Below are positions 26,101 through 41,100 of a stretch of DNA of 64,000 nt, piece after piece. Source of the stretch: Chiloscyllium plagiosum (Eukaryota); the NCBI RefSeq assembly GCF_004010195.1, contig NC_057750.1, forward strand, positions 11,122,390 to 11,186,389, in the 5' to 3' direction. A model generated the notes under the pieces. The model was not told where the DNA came from. It searched no databases and worked only from the letters and a program-made list of their open reading frames with translations. A program made the translations under genes and the position numbers. Each line of letters opens with the position of its first letter. Positions within the stretch are counted from its first letter, which is position 1.

Positions 26101-29100
26101 ACAAGAACAAGGAGACAATCTTTCAGTCTGTCATTCAAAACAGGTCTCTGTTTTGACTCCACTTTTGATCTAGAACAGTACAGCACAGAGCAGGCCCTTC
26201 AGCCCACAATGTTGTGCCGACCATTGATCCTCATGCAAGGTAAACCTAATGTACGAACCCTCAAATTTCTGTGACCATATGCATGTCCTGCAGACTCTTA
26301 AATATCCCCAATGACCTCACTTCCAAAACTGCCGCTGGCAACGCATTCCATGCTCTCAACTCTCTGCGTAAAGAACCCGCCTCCGACATCCCCATTTTAC
26401 TTTCTGCCAAACAGCTTAAAACTATGACCCCTCGTGTTAACAATTTCTGCCCTGGGAAAAGTCTCTGGCTGTCTACACCCCATGTCCTTGCCTTGCTTGG
26501 GAGATGTCAATCACAGCTGCAATGATGGAGTATTCAGAATCCTTCGAGGTAAAGGATTGGAACTTCATAGCCCTCTGAGCGAGGAAGATTCCTCCTCCTC
26601 CTCTTAAAAAAAAATGTTCATCGGCCTTACTCAGCCTGTGAGTTTCCCCCAACCCTCCTGCAGCTCACATTCCCCAGCCATTGGCAAGTGAGTGGCTACC
26701 TTCAGAATCGGATATGTTTCAACGACTTTACTTCCTGTCCTCAGCTCCGGGTAGGTTAAACCTAACTTCTTTCAGCCTCTCACTATGAGAGGTGTCTCCC
26801 ATCCCAGGGACCAATCTAGTGAACTGTCACTATACCATCCCCAGTGACAGTCAAATCCCCACAGACATCTCTCTGAACTCACAGTAACCAAACTCAGTGC
26901 ACATCTGGTAGTACCACTGTCGATCTGCCATAGCGTATGGTTTCACTTCTGTACTCCTCAGGTTGGCCAGTATGTTCTGATGAGAGTTGTCCACACATTG
27001 CAGCTCTATGCTGTCCATGTAATCCTGAAAACAAAGGTCACCAACTGGAAGATACCACAGAAAATGCAGTTGCAACACCCCACCCCATGCATACAAGTTT
27101 ATTAGACTTGAAGTTAACTTGGTTTCTCTTCATAAAATGTTTCCAGACCTGCTGAGTTTCTCCAGCATGGTCTGTTTGCCCCAGACCCTGATACCCAGAG
27201 GGTCAAAGGATGACGTTTCAGTTTACAAAATTTATACTTTAAATTTACATAAGAGGGTGACTTGGTGGCTCAGTGGTTAGCACTGCTGCCTCACAATGCC
27301 AGGCACATGGGTTCTATTCTACCCTTGGGTCACTGTGGAGTTTGCCCATTCTACTTGAGTCTGTATGGGTTTCTTCTGGGTGCTCTGGTTTCCTTCTACA
27401 GTCCAAAGATGAGCAGGTTAGATGGACTGCCCATGGTAAATTGCCCATTGTGTTCAGGCTAAGTTGATTAGCCATGGAGAATGCAAAGTTAGAGGGATGG
27501 GGTGGGTCTGGGTAGGATGTTCTTTAGGAGGTTCAGTGTGGATCCAACAGGCTGAATGGCCTGCTTTCACTGTAGGGATTCTAATGAACACAGAATTTGA
27601 GGCCCACCCAGCTAAATTCTATAGTCAAAATTTCTACACCCCCCCACCATTCTCAGTGAAAGGAAATGGCTGGGGTTTCCTCACAAGTCATATAGCAGAT
27701 GGGAACAAGAGCAGAGCCATCCCCCATATAATACATCGAAGAGTCAAACACCCCCACCCACCTCACTGACCAACAGCCCTGCCCCCACACAATGCTCACC
27801 ACCACCACACACTCCCCCACCCCTCACCTTGTTGAGGACCATCAACCGCTGGTAGACGGAGCCCAGGCTCTGATTGGTCATGATCTGGCACAGGTTGGCG
27901 ATGTTTCTGCTCAACACCACCTTGTTGTACTGGACGGTTCCCATGACAATACTGGCCAGGTTGCAGGCAAACTCCGCACGGTCGTCGCTCCCGTTCAGCT
28001 TCTGGCACGACTTGAAGTCAACCTCCAGCTGGGAGGTGTTGCTGCCCGCCATGATCCGATCCAACTGGGAGAAAGCACTTGCCACTGCAGACCGGCACTG
28101 CCGGGATGGGAGAGAGAGAGAGAGAGAAAGGCAATAGCAACTCAGCAGGAATTAGGCCTCCATCTCCACCTGAAGCCTGACTAGCTAGGCCATGCTCCCA
28201 GGCCCACCTGAAGCATTTCCTGTGGACCTGCTCTGGTGACTCCTGCACCAGGGAAGGAGTAAAACCTTCAATTAAACCACTCTGGGCAAAACAAAAGCTG
28301 CAGAAAGACTAGAAATGCCAGAGCCAGATTTAGTTCTGGATTCAGTCAGGCAGACTATTAAGGGCAGAACATGGGTTTTACTATTTTGGAGAAGGACCTC
28401 AAAATGTTCAGGGTGTGGAGGAAATGGCATCTCCTCTCCTTGCTCTACCTCATTAGGCCTATTCTGACTGGTATTGAATTACCCCATTCCTGATGTCATC
28501 CAGAATCAGGCTAACTCCCAGACTACACTCACAATGAGCTTCATCTGGTGATAATTGTTATGGACCAGACCAGACCCCTCAAAAATGGGTATCTTCGACC
28601 CCAACTTTTTATTTTAAAAGGTAAATGTGAAGTGCTGAGTTCCAGATGCCAGTGTAAATGGTCAAACTACTCAATATTAAGCAAAACAACCAAAGAAAAA
28701 GGAACTTAGTAGCATCCCAGAAACAAAACATCTTGGTGAAAAGGCAAATTCAGACAGAATCTCACATGCAGTTCTCCAATCCAGGAGGAAAGAAATATCA
28801 AGAGATGATTCAGAGAGTAGCAGCAGCCAGGAGACATTCACTGAAGCTTCCAACTCGGTCAAGATCCTACAGCTTCTGATAAACCAAAACCAACAAATCG
28901 CGATCTGACAGAGAGCTGGCCACACCCATTTAGGGGGCTAAAAGAAATCCAAGGCCTCCCAAGCTGTTTACCCAAGTGGTCTCCACTAGCCCAACTGAGC
29001 ACATCTTGTGCAAACTCAAAACAAAAGCCATATTATGACAAAATAGCCTCAAAGGCACAGCATTACCACAGATGTGAGGTGGGAGGTGTCTGATGAGCTT

Positions 29101-32100
29101 TCCCAAATACATTAAACCACACAAATATCCCAAGAAAAATTGGGTTCTGGTTGAGACGGACACAAGTTTATTTAAAGGGGTGCATCATATGGAGCAGCAT
29201 GATAGCTCAGTGGTTAGCACTGCTGCCTTACAGCATAAGGGACCCAGGTTCACTTCCACCTTTGTGTAAACTGTAGGATTACCCATTCTCCCTTAAAGTT
29301 CTGGCTTCCTACCAAAGCCCAAAGAAGTGCAGGTTAAATGTGCAAACTATGTGGGTTGGCAATGGAAAATTCAAGATTATAGGGATGGGGTGGGTCTAGG
29401 TGGAATGCTCTTTGGAGGGTCAGTGTGGACTTGATGGGCTGAATGGCCTGCTATCCTATAAGACAGTCTGGGTTGTGTGTACTGAAGGGCTTATGCCCAA
29501 AACATAGATTCTCCTGCTCCTTGGATGCTGCTTTACCTGCTGCACTTTTCCAGCAACACATTTTTCAGCTGATCTCCAGCATCTGCAGTCCTCACTTTCT
29601 CCTGTGTGCACTGATGCACGTATTTATAGTAGCAAACATCTGACTAATGACAGTGCATAATGATGCTGTTCCTTTGACAAGGTTAGGTTGTCCTTGGTTT
29701 TTCAAGAGAGGAGGTCATAAATGCAGAAACACCAGGAGGTCTAGGTTTGAAGGGCTTTAGGACCAATTTGATTATTGCTAACAGATACTGCCTCAAGCAA
29801 AGGCTTAAGGTTTCAAAACAAAAACACTTGTACAATGAACTGGGAGTGGCCAGTTCTCCAGTTCCGCTTTTCTCTGCTTTGGCTTAGCTTTAGCAGTCTG
29901 GTTTTCAGAGCAAGCAGTTTTGAGGCTACTATTCAAAGAAACAGCTACACCAAATGCTGAACCTCTCCTGTCAGACTTTACCTTTCTTCCCCCCACCCCC
30001 CCAAGGGGTATTTATTGGAATTGTTGCAAGCAGTTGCAATAGCACCGCTAAGATTATTAGATTCGCTACAGTGTGGAAACAGGCCCTTCGGACCAACAAG
30101 TCCACACCGACATGTGGGCGGCACGGTGGCACAGTGGCCTCAGTGCCAGAGACCCGGGTTCAATTCCTGCCTCAGGCGACTGACTGTGTGGAGTTTGCAC
30201 ATTCTCCCCGTGTCTGTATAGGTTTCCTCCGGGTGCTCTGGTTTCTTCCCACAGTCCAAAGATATGCAGGTCAGGTGAATTGGCCATGCTAAATTGCCCG
30301 TAGTGTTAGGTAAGGGGTAAATGTAGGGGTATGGGTGGGTTGCGCTTCGGCGGGTCGGTGTGGACTTGTTGGGCCGAAGGGCCTGTTGCCACACTAATGT
30401 AATGTAATGTAATAATGACCCTCCAAAAGAATAACCCACCCAAACCCATTTCCCTCTCACTAACACACCTAATCTATGGGCAATTTAGCATGGCCAATTC
30501 ACCTTACCTGCACATCTTTGGACTGTGGGAGGAAACCGGAGCACCCGGAGGAAACCTATACAGACCCGGGGAGAACGTGCAAACTCCACACAGACAGTCG
30601 CCAGAGGCTGGAATCATAACCTGGGACCTGGTGCTGTGAGGCAGCAGTGCTCGCCACGGAGCCACCCCAAAAAAGTTGGGATAATCTGTTGTTATTCTAT
30701 ATTCTGTTCTCTTCTGTTTTGTTTCATTCTGTAATCTTGCAAACAAACTTTTGTTTAAAACGACGTGGTTGGGCCAACTGCATTACTCCTGGTACATCCA
30801 TTTTACACCTGCTTAAAACAAACTAGAAAGTTAGGGTCCAGGCTACTTTCCTGAAATGTTGGAGGCAGTCTGGCTTGGTCCATAGCAGTACACTGACTCC
30901 ATTATAGAGATAGTGACTAAGGTGAGGTGGGAGCCTTTATACCGAAAAAGGTTTAGGTTGTGTCATGTGACTGTCTTACAGGCCTGATGGTTTTGAAACA
31001 AAGATCTGTTTTCATGCTGCAAATTCTATGATTCTATTCTAGACCAATGAGACTGAGTGAGCAAGACAGCAAGAGACAGAAGTGCCAGTTGAATGAATTT
31101 TTACCTTCATGGATCCGCCCACCACTGGGTTTGACAGGCTGTGTGACACAACCTGTAAAATAGACAATGCATCAGTGTCAAAAGGAATAGGAGAGAAAGC
31201 GATCTCCCGTGAGACTCTTCTTTCAAGCATGATCCCAAACTGCTCCTCCACCCTCAAATAGCAATGACTCCGTATGAGGATGTCCCCCTCAAATCTCATT
31301 CATATCTTACCTGCCTTGGGAGTGTAGTGGGATCTCTACTCTGGATCTAACTACAGGAGGGAGAACGTGACGGAATTTCTTGCTTTCGTGATTAGTGGAG
31401 TTGTATTTTTGAAACAAAAGGCAGGTAAATGGAAACATTTAGTGCCTGGCAAACAGCGTAGAGGTAAATCCACTTCAATGGTTCACTTGTGTTTATGAAT
31501 TATAATCAGAGTTAGTACTGAGAATAATTAGCAACCTCCCTCAGTTGTAGACCGGTTGTCTTAAACATGCCGATAAAGTGATTTAGATCATTCGGGGAGT
31601 TCAGAACAAAGAAGCTAAAGGCACCTTTTGTAAAAGGGATTTCTTTTCGGGATGGCATGGTGGCTCAGTGGTTAGCAGTGCTGCCTTACAGCACCTGGGA
31701 CCGGGTTTCGATTCCAGCCTCTGGCAACTGTGTGGGGAGTCTGCACATTCTCCGTGTCTGCTTGGGTTTCCTCCGGTTGCTCCAGTTTCCTCCCACAGTC
31801 CAAAGATGTGCAGGTTAGGTGGATTGGTCATGCTAAGTTGCCCGTAGAGTTAGGTGCATTAGTTAGGGGGAATGTGGGTCTGGGTGAGGTTACTCTTCAG
31901 AGGGTTGGTGTGGACTAGTTGGGCTGAAGGGCCTGTTTTCACACTGTCGGGAATCTAATCTAATCATTTTGGTGGAACCAGGAAGTCTAGAAAAGCAGCT
32001 ATTAACTCCATTAGAGATATAAATAATTCAACTAGCACACAGAATCCACGGTGTTTTGAAGACAGACTAGTAGCATATATATTTGTTTGGAACATCTCAA

Positions 32101-35100
32101 ACTATGCCACGCTGAACTGTAAGTGTTAGGAAGAGGTCTTCACTAAATTTCAGTTTGTGAGCAGTTAGCATGGTAGACTGTAAGTCAGTCTTTTCCAAAC
32201 TAGCAAAGCAGCTGGAGGACCCAGAAGCTGTGGAAGCAGGCTGACAGAAAGCAGTCTGAGAGAAGGGCAAATCTTACCTTGTTGAATCCAGTGAAATCCA
32301 GCTGGGCTCGGACAGGAGCAGACGAAGCAACAGCAGCAAAAGCCAAGTGAGGGAACTATTGGGGGATTAAAAATAAAAAGTCAGACTATACTATCAGGCA
32401 GATGTGAAGCACATATCAAGCAGATATCAGGACTGGGACCAAACTCCAGTCTGTGTTCCCTTGGTGCAAGTTAAACCTATCACAAAGCTCATTTTATCAC
32501 ATGAAAAAGATTCATGCTCTCACTGATGTTCTCCAGTACCTGTACCCAATTATTTTCTGCCTTCACTCAAGTCCAGTTATCCCTTGACTAACACCAAAAA
32601 TAGCCATCCTAGCAAATAGATATTTACCTTGCTTTTTATGGGACCTCGCTATGTTGTTATATAATCCTACAGTATGGAAGCAGGCCATTCAGATAGAGTT
32701 CACTGTGACCCTCTGAAAAGCATCCCATCCAAACCTACCCTATCCCTCCATTTCCCATGGAGAACCTACCTAACCTACAGATCCTCTGGACACCATTGGC
32801 CATGCTAAATTGCCAATCCACCTAACCTGCACATCTTTAAACTGGAGAGGAAAGGAGCGCACCTGGCAGAAACTCATACAGACAACATGCAAATTCCAAA
32901 CAGAGTCTCCTGAGGGTGAAATCAAACCCAAAGCCCTGGCGCTAAGGGAACAGTGCTAACCAGTGAGCCACTGTGCCACCCATGATTAACCTTCTGCACC
33001 AAGCCAGCACCCCCTCCACAAACGTAAGTGTGTCCTGGATGCCTACATAAAGCAGAATCCCCATGCATTCGTATATTAGCTTCTAGTGCATGCATCACAC
33101 TGATCCCTACTTGTAACCCTGAACAGTTTACCCTCTGTCCTACTTAGTGCAGTCTGCATTATTTAGGAATTGTCCCAGAGTAGAACCACATCAAATACCA
33201 GAATTACTGTTCAGAAGATTGTGAGCAATTTAACTGTGGACTGATTGACAGTTAGCAGTTTTCAACTGGAATATTACCCCTAGTTCTGGGCACTTTGAAG
33301 TTATTAGAGAGGGTGCAGAGATGATTCACAAGATTGAACAAGAAATTTCCATTATGAAGCTAGCTTGGAAAAGTTGGGACTTTTCTTGGGAAGAGAAAAC
33401 AGAGGAGATTTGACAGAGATGTTCAAAATTACGAGAAGTCTGAATAAAGTAAATAGGAAGAAAAAAAAAGTTCCACTTGTGAAAGGATCAAGAACAAGAG
33501 GGCAGTCATTTAAGTTGACTGGCAAAAGTAGTACAGACAGGAAGAAAATCTTATTCATGCAGTGAGTGGAATGCATTTCTCAAAAGCGTTGCAGAGGCAG
33601 ATTCAATTGAGGCATTGGAGAGGTGGGGTTTAGATCATTATCAGAATGGTAACTACCCAAGCACTGCCTCAAGCCAGGCAGATTCACAACTGGTTTGCAG
33701 CCATAAGCTGATCCCTTCTTACCTTCAGCCGGAACCATGCAGAGAGGGAGCCTGGGTAAGAGCCCCCAAAGCAAACCCAGCGATTGTTTCTGGTCAGATT
33801 GTACTGTTGGCCAATGAACTCATGGAATGTTGCTAGGTCAGCGAGCCTATCCAAAGAAGCACATGGAGTTAGGGGCCACCAGGATAACGAAGCAAGGCCA
33901 AAAACGGTGAAGAGCCAAAAGGCCAAAGTCCAAAACTAAGAAAGTACCAGAAGCTGCCTCTACCGAGCATATAAAATATTCCAATGAACTTCACAGCAAT
34001 AAAAATCAAATACAATTCCACACAACCACTGAATAGGAAAGGTTAGAGCCAAATTGAAGGGGCTAGTTCCAGGCTGAGATTATTAAGAGATCAAAAAGAT
34101 CATTCTGAAGAAGAAGTATCTTCAGAAAGAGAGAGAGAGACAGAGTGAAAATTCAACAGCCCACAGGCCAGTGAGCTACAAGTGGTAGACTACAACAAGT
34201 GAAGGATGTGCAAGATGTCAGAGGTGGAGGTTGGCAGAGTTTGCAGATGGATTGTCTGGCTATAAACAAGAAATAAAGCCTCGAGTGAGTGGCTGGTACC
34301 TCATTTGGATCTGGAGGGAATTGTGGGCAGCACAGTGGCATAGTGGTTAGCACTGCTGCCTCACAGCGCCAGAGACCCGGGTTCAATTCCCATATTGCAT
34401 ATTCTCCCCGTGTCTGAGTGGGTTTCCTCCGGGTGCTCCGGTTTCCTCCCACAATCCAAAAACGTGCAGGTTAGGTGAATTGGCCACGCTAAATTGCCTG
34501 CAGTGTTAGGTGAAGGGGAAAATGTAAGAGAATGGGTCTGGGTGGGTTATGCTTCGGCGGGGTCGGTGAGGACTTGTTGGGCCGAAGGGCCTGTTTCCAC
34601 ACTAAGTAACCTAATCAAGGGGAGGGCCATAGCAGGAGATGAGCAATAAAAAAAAGCCTTTTACCAGGAAAGGTTGCTGCAAGGTTAATCAGAAGTTCAG
34701 TTTGCTTTAATTCAAAAGAGTCCAAGTAGAGTCTTTAGACTGCTTGCTTCAATCCCTAAAGGAGTGAGCTCAGTTGCGTGGAAATGGAATCAAAAAAGGT
34801 AAGACTAATTAGTGACAGGTGTGATTGTTACTAGAAAATAAAAAAAAGGAATAAAAGGCAGTGAATGTCATATCATACCAAGAAACCATAAAATGTAAAG
34901 AAACTCAGTAATACAACAAACTTCGGCTTTTATCTTAATGCATGGAAGCCTTCAGAAAATGGTAGAGGTCAAGAAGACTAAACTAAACTAATTTGGGAGG
35001 TGGGACGGGGGGAGGGGGAAGAGAAGAATGCTGGGAGAGATATTATTAAAGTTCCCAGGACAGCTATGACAACAGATTATGGAACTGGTCAGGAATCCAA

Positions 35101-38100
35101 CTGCAGACACAGCAGATGGGAGGATAACTACCTGTACCAGAAGGGGGATGGTCAATGCAGAACTGATTGTGTTGTATTTAAATGCACGCAGTATATAAAA
35201 CAAGGTAAATGAACACATAACACTTTTTGAAGTTTGCCAATACAATGTTCTGGGTATCAGAGGCAGGAATTAAAAATCCAAGGATATGCTTCCTATTGCA
35301 AGGACAGGCAGGTGGGGCAGAGGACCAGGGGTCATCTTGTTAGTGAGAGATGAAATTAAATAGTTAGATAGCAAAAAGGCAATAGCAATTTAGGGTCAGA
35401 AGGCATATAAATTGTGCAGGCAGTTAAGGAACCACAAAGACGACCAAAGGAAAAGAGACTTCAGTGTTATGTACAGGCCTCCAAGCAGTAGTCAGGATGT
35501 TGGGCAGAAAATAAATCAGAAAGGAAAGGCATGCAAGAAAGTCATTCTTTCAATAATCTCGGGGGATATCAATATGCAAGTGAACTCGGAAAAATCAAAT
35601 TTGGAGCAAATCCCAAGAAAAAGGAACCTGCGGAATATCTAGATCATTTTTTATTGCAGCTTGTGGCAGAGCCCATGGACCAGGCAATTCTGGTGGAGCT
35701 GTGTAAATATAACCGACTTGATCAGGGGGCTCAAGATGAAGGAAGCCCTAAGGGGCAAAAAAGGATAGCATTCACCTGGGGAGAGAGGAAAAAAGGGAGA
35801 GCAAAAAGCTGGAATCAGATGTGATGGTATTACAATGGAGTGTAAGGCAATTACAAATGAGGGAGGAGCTGGCCAGAGTTGATTGGAAGGGGAGCCCAGC
35901 AGGGAAGATGGCACAACAGCAATGGCAGAAATTCCTCAGCTACTTCGGGAAGCACAGCAAAACTTTATCCCAAGGACGAACATACTACTAAAAAAAAAGG
36001 AGGATGACGACAAGGTAATCAGGAACAGCATAAAATCAAAAGAGAAATAAGATTAGCAGGAAGCCAGTGAATCAGGAAACCTTTAAAAACCAGAAGAGAA
36101 CAAAAAGGTAATGTGGAGACAAAAAAAAAGTGTAAAGAAGCTAATAATAAGACTGATAGAAGTTTTTTTAAAAAAGATTATTGAAAAGGTAAGAGAGACA
36201 AGAGTGAACCGCTGGAAAATGAGGCAGGAATAGTAGTTATGGGGAACAAAGAAATGGCAGAGGAATTGAACAGGTACTTTACATCAGTTTTCATGGTGGA
36301 AGATACCAGAGGCTCAAGAGAGTCAGGAGCAAGGGTAAGTAAAGTGGCCATCTCTACAGAGGTACTGGGGAAGCAGAGAAGTCTGAAAGTAGATAAATAG
36401 CCTGGGCCAGGTGGACTACACCCCTGGGAGGAATTCTGAAGGAGTCAGCAAAGGAGATTGTGGAGGCATTGGTGGTGATCTTGGAGGATGGCAGTCAAAA
36501 GAGAGTCCCAGAGGGCTCAAATGACTAATGTCTCACCCCTGTTCAGAAGGCAGAAATTTAAGCCAGTTAGCCTGACTTTGGTCATTGGTAAGATTTGAGA
36601 CTTCATTATTAAGGATTAGATTGCAGAGTACATGAAATGTCAAGCATGGCTTTGTCAAGGGGAAGTCATGCTTGACATGTTAGAATTCTTTGAGGTGGTA
36701 ACAAGCAAGTTAGACAAAGGAGAGCCAGTGGACAAGAGCTTTTTGCATTTTCAGAAGGCCTTTGACAAAAAGGTGCTGCACAGTGGACTGGAAAATAAGG
36801 TGCAGAGCCCATGGTGTTCAGGACAAGATACTGACAGAGAGGACTGGCTGACTGGCAGAAGGCAGAGCGTAGGGATAAGTGTGTCTTTCATGATGGCAGT
36901 CGGTGAGCAACAGAAATCCATGGAGGTCGGTGTCGGGAACACAATTTATGTTATACAGTAACAAAGGAATTCAGGGCTAAATTTGCAGATGACAAAGATG
37001 GAGGTACAGGCTGTGTTAAGGAAGCAGGAAGGCTGCAGAAGTACTTGAACAGATTAGACTGTTTTCTAAATAAGGAAAGGCTTTGGAAACCTGAAGCCCA
37101 AAGGGACTTAGGAATCCTAGTTCAGGATTCTCTTCAGGTTAATATGAAGGTTGAGATGGCAGTTTGGAAGGCAAACGCAACGTCAGCATTAATTTCAAGT
37201 GCGCTAGAGTACAATAGCAGGGATTTACTGCTCAGGTTTTAATCAGACTCTGATCGGACCACATTTGGAATAGAGAGCAGTTCTGTACCCCATATTTCAG
37301 GATGGATGTGCTGACCTTGGAGGGTGTCTGGAGGAAGTTCATCAGAACGATCCAGGTGATGTAAGGCTTGTCATGAGAAGCAATTGAGGATTCTGGGTCA
37401 GTATTCAAAGAAGTTTAGAACAATGGTGGGGCGGGGGGGTGCGGCAGGGGTGAAGAGAAAGGGCGGTTGCGCTCTCACTGAAACTTAGAGAATACCAAGA
37501 GGCCTGGATAGAGTGAAGATGTTTCCACTAGTAGAGGGGCTAGGACCCCAGAACACAAGAACACAGCAAGGTGGTGGATCTGTGACGGCCAAAGTTATTA
37601 AAGCGTATTTAAGACAGAGATAGATAGGTTCTTACTGAGTAAGGGGATCAAAAAGGTAACGAGGAGAAGGCAGGAAATGGGGTCAAGAATCACATCAGCC
37701 ATGATTGAATGGCAGAGCCAACTTGATGGGCTGAATGGCCTAATCCTGCTCTTATATCCTGCTTTGGTTTCTCTGCATGTCATTAGTGGACAGTCCAATG
37801 TTTTCTTGACATTGGCAAGCCAAACGAGGCCACAAAAATGAGATGGGAGTGGTCCAAACAATGACTTAAATCAGGCAGCCATGGTTCATTGGGTTTTGTG
37901 GTTGATTCTTCCTTACCATGGCCTGCTAAGTGGCGAGTGCAATTTTGTGGCCACACGATGAACATCTCCAATCAGGCAGAACCCAGTTATCAGCTTGACA
38001 ATAAGTGGCATCAGTATCACCAAATTCCCCACAAAATGTTTGACATAGTCTGGGGTTACCATTTACCCTTTGAAAAATTAGGACTAGTGCTAGTAGTAGC

Positions 38101-41100
38101 ATAATTTTGGCAGCACGGACATGGAGCAAAGGGTCTCTTCTGTATCATATGATTCTATGACCAGGAATTGAACTGGAATAGCCATATGACTACTGTGGCT
38201 ACAAGAGCAGGTCAAAGGCTAGGAATCCTACAGAAAGTAACTCACCTCCAGACTCCCCAAAACCATCTACAAGGTACAAGTCAGGAGTGTGATAGAATAC
38301 ACCCCACTTGCCTGGATGGGTGCAGCTCCAACAACACAAGCAGCTTAACAATATCCAGGACAAAGCAGCTTGCTTGATTGGTACCACATCCACTACTTTC
38401 ACTCATGCCAATGTTGACACACCATGACCACAGTACATGCAAATGTACAGCAGTGACTCACTAACACTCCTTCCACTGAAAACTTTCCAATCCTGTATCC
38501 TCCACTATCTTAAAAAAAGGAACACCAGCATCTGCACATGCCCCTCTGAGCCACACCAAACTACAGCAGCTCAAGACATTGGCTCAGCACTTTCCCCAGG
38601 TAACTTTAGAGCTGGGAGATAAAGACTAAGTGACTCCACACAGAAATATAAAACCCTTCAGTTCTGGCAAGGGGTTATTTGGAGACAGAGACAGAGACAG
38701 AGACAGAGACAGAGACAGAGACAGAGACAGAGACAGAGACAGAGACAGAACCTCAGTCTCAATTTGACTCAAGCTAGAAAGGGAGCAGAGAAGAACATTA
38801 TTAAAGGAGAGAGGACAAGGAGATGCAACAGTCAGGATGAGACAGGACTCAAATCATTGTTCAGTTAAGAAACCAGCTTACGCTTGTTGGCTGGACAGAA
38901 ACTGGATGTTCTGATTGGTCAGTCCATCAGGATTAATGCTTTTTCCATAATACCGGTGCTCCAGGGAGACCAACAGGGCCCTGTATTTCTGTGCTAGGTC
39001 CACATGTTCACCTGCAGAAACAGAAGCACAGCAAGAGACAAAATCAGTGCAAGACGACATCAAGAAACACCAAAATCCTTCTTTGCTCCCAGCTGAGTAT
39101 ATTACCCCACCGACCAAGCAGCCCATCCCCCAGCAACTACCAGCCACTATAGGAAGCACAGTTCAGTAAATGAGATGAAGGTGCTATAGAAAGGCAGATT
39201 GGCTCTTTCATAAATTGCCTGACTTAGATCAGAATGTCAAGAACAAAATCATCGAGGAGCTGTAGAATTGAAAACAGACCCACTGTCAAGGCATACAGTA
39301 ACCTGCAGGGCACATCCAGCAATGTATAACACTCTGGTTCCCTCAGCCTGAGCAGTATATAATTGCCTGTTCTCAAGTACCACTTGTGATTTGAGCAGGT
39401 CCTATGTTGTTGTAGGGACAATCGTATAGAGATTATAAAAATAGGAACATGAGGCAGCCATTCAACCCATTGAGCCCACCCTGCCCTTATGTTATGAACC
39501 TGGATTTTTATACATTGGTAGTTCCTCACAGGAATGGGCAACTCTCTTCCACTCAGGGACCTGGATTAGTCATTCCAAATCCCTACACTAGGGGATTGGG
39601 GCAGAAATTCAAATTCCCTTGAATCAGAGGGCAATCCATTAAGTTGGAAGTCAGCAAAACCTTTATTAAAAAAAGGGAAAGACAAAAAGCAGATCCCTAA
39701 AGGCTAGTTGATTTAACTTCCCCTTGGTAGATTACGAGTAAAAGAAGTTATAGCAGGAAACTTGAATAAGTTAAAAGGAGCATAGGCAGAATCAACATGG
39801 TTTTGTAAAAGGAAAATAAAGTGTTTACCTCAACAATTGGAGTTGGTTGATGTGGTGGTGATTATGGGAAACAACTGTACTCTGGCAAGTAGAGTATTTT
39901 TGACAACTGCAACATCAAAGGTTGTGGGAAATCAAAGCTTAAGATAAAAGGTGTATCGGTTGGCATGGATAGAAGACTGGACTGCCAACTGAAAACAGTA
40001 GGCACAAATGGGTCTTTTTCAATTTGACAAGATGTAATGAGTGGTGTGCTGCACAGATTAGAGCTGGGACCTCAACTGTTGACAATTCATCTAACTGATA
40101 TGGACAGGAATGGAGGATGCGGATGTCAAATTTGCTGACAATGAGATCAAACTAGAAGCAGGCCATTTGGCCCCTCAAGCCTGCTTCTAGGTAAGTAAGA
40201 AAGCAAGTGATGAAGAGGACATAAGATATAGACAGGTTAAAGGGGTGGCAAATGGAATGCAAGGTGTGAAAGGGTCCAGTTTGGCACGAGGAACAAAGAG
40301 CATTTTATCCAAACAATCGCAGAGAGATGTGAATCAATCTCTACATTGTGGAAGCAGGCCATTCAGCCCATCAAGTCCACACCAACTCTGAAGAGCAGCC
40401 CATCCAGCCCAGCCCACCCCTATCCTTGTAACCCTGCATTCCCCATTGCTAATCCACCTAGTCTGGATATTACAGACAATTTAGCACAGCCAATCCACCC
40501 AACCTGCACATCTTTGAACAGTGGGAGGAAACTGAAGCACCCAGAGAAAACCCATGCAGACACAGCGAGTATATCTGGCTCTGAAGTTCAGTCACTTGAA
40601 TTGAACTCAGGTCCCTTGTACTGAGGCAGCAGCATTAACCACTATACTGCCATGTGTGGTCTTCAGCCTGAATGGTAACATGCAGACATAGCAAGTAATT
40701 AGGAAAACCAGTAAAATCATTTACTGCAAAGGAAATTGAATACAGAGGTAGTGAGGCTCTGCTTCAGTTCGACAGGGCACTGATGAGATCACATTTGAAG
40801 TATTATCAGCTTCGGGTGGCACAGTGGTTAGCACTGCTGCCTCACAGCACCAGGAGCCCAGGTTCTATTCCCACCTCAGGCAACTGTGTGGAGTTTGCAC
40901 ACTCTCCCCATGTCTGCATGGGTTTTCTCTCATTTCCTCCCACAGTCCAAAGCTGTGCAGGTTAGGTTAATTGGCCATGCTAAATTGTCTGTAGTGTTAG
41001 GTGGATTAGTCAGGGGTAAATATAGGGGGGGTGGGTTTCTCTTCGGAGGGTTGGTGTGGACTTGTTGGGCCGAAGGGTCTGTTTCCACTGTAGGTAAATC

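Noticed and set aside
27792..28184. 130-aa plus-strand ORF overlapping exon 8
   Set aside because: Antisense shadow of a GC-rich coding exon
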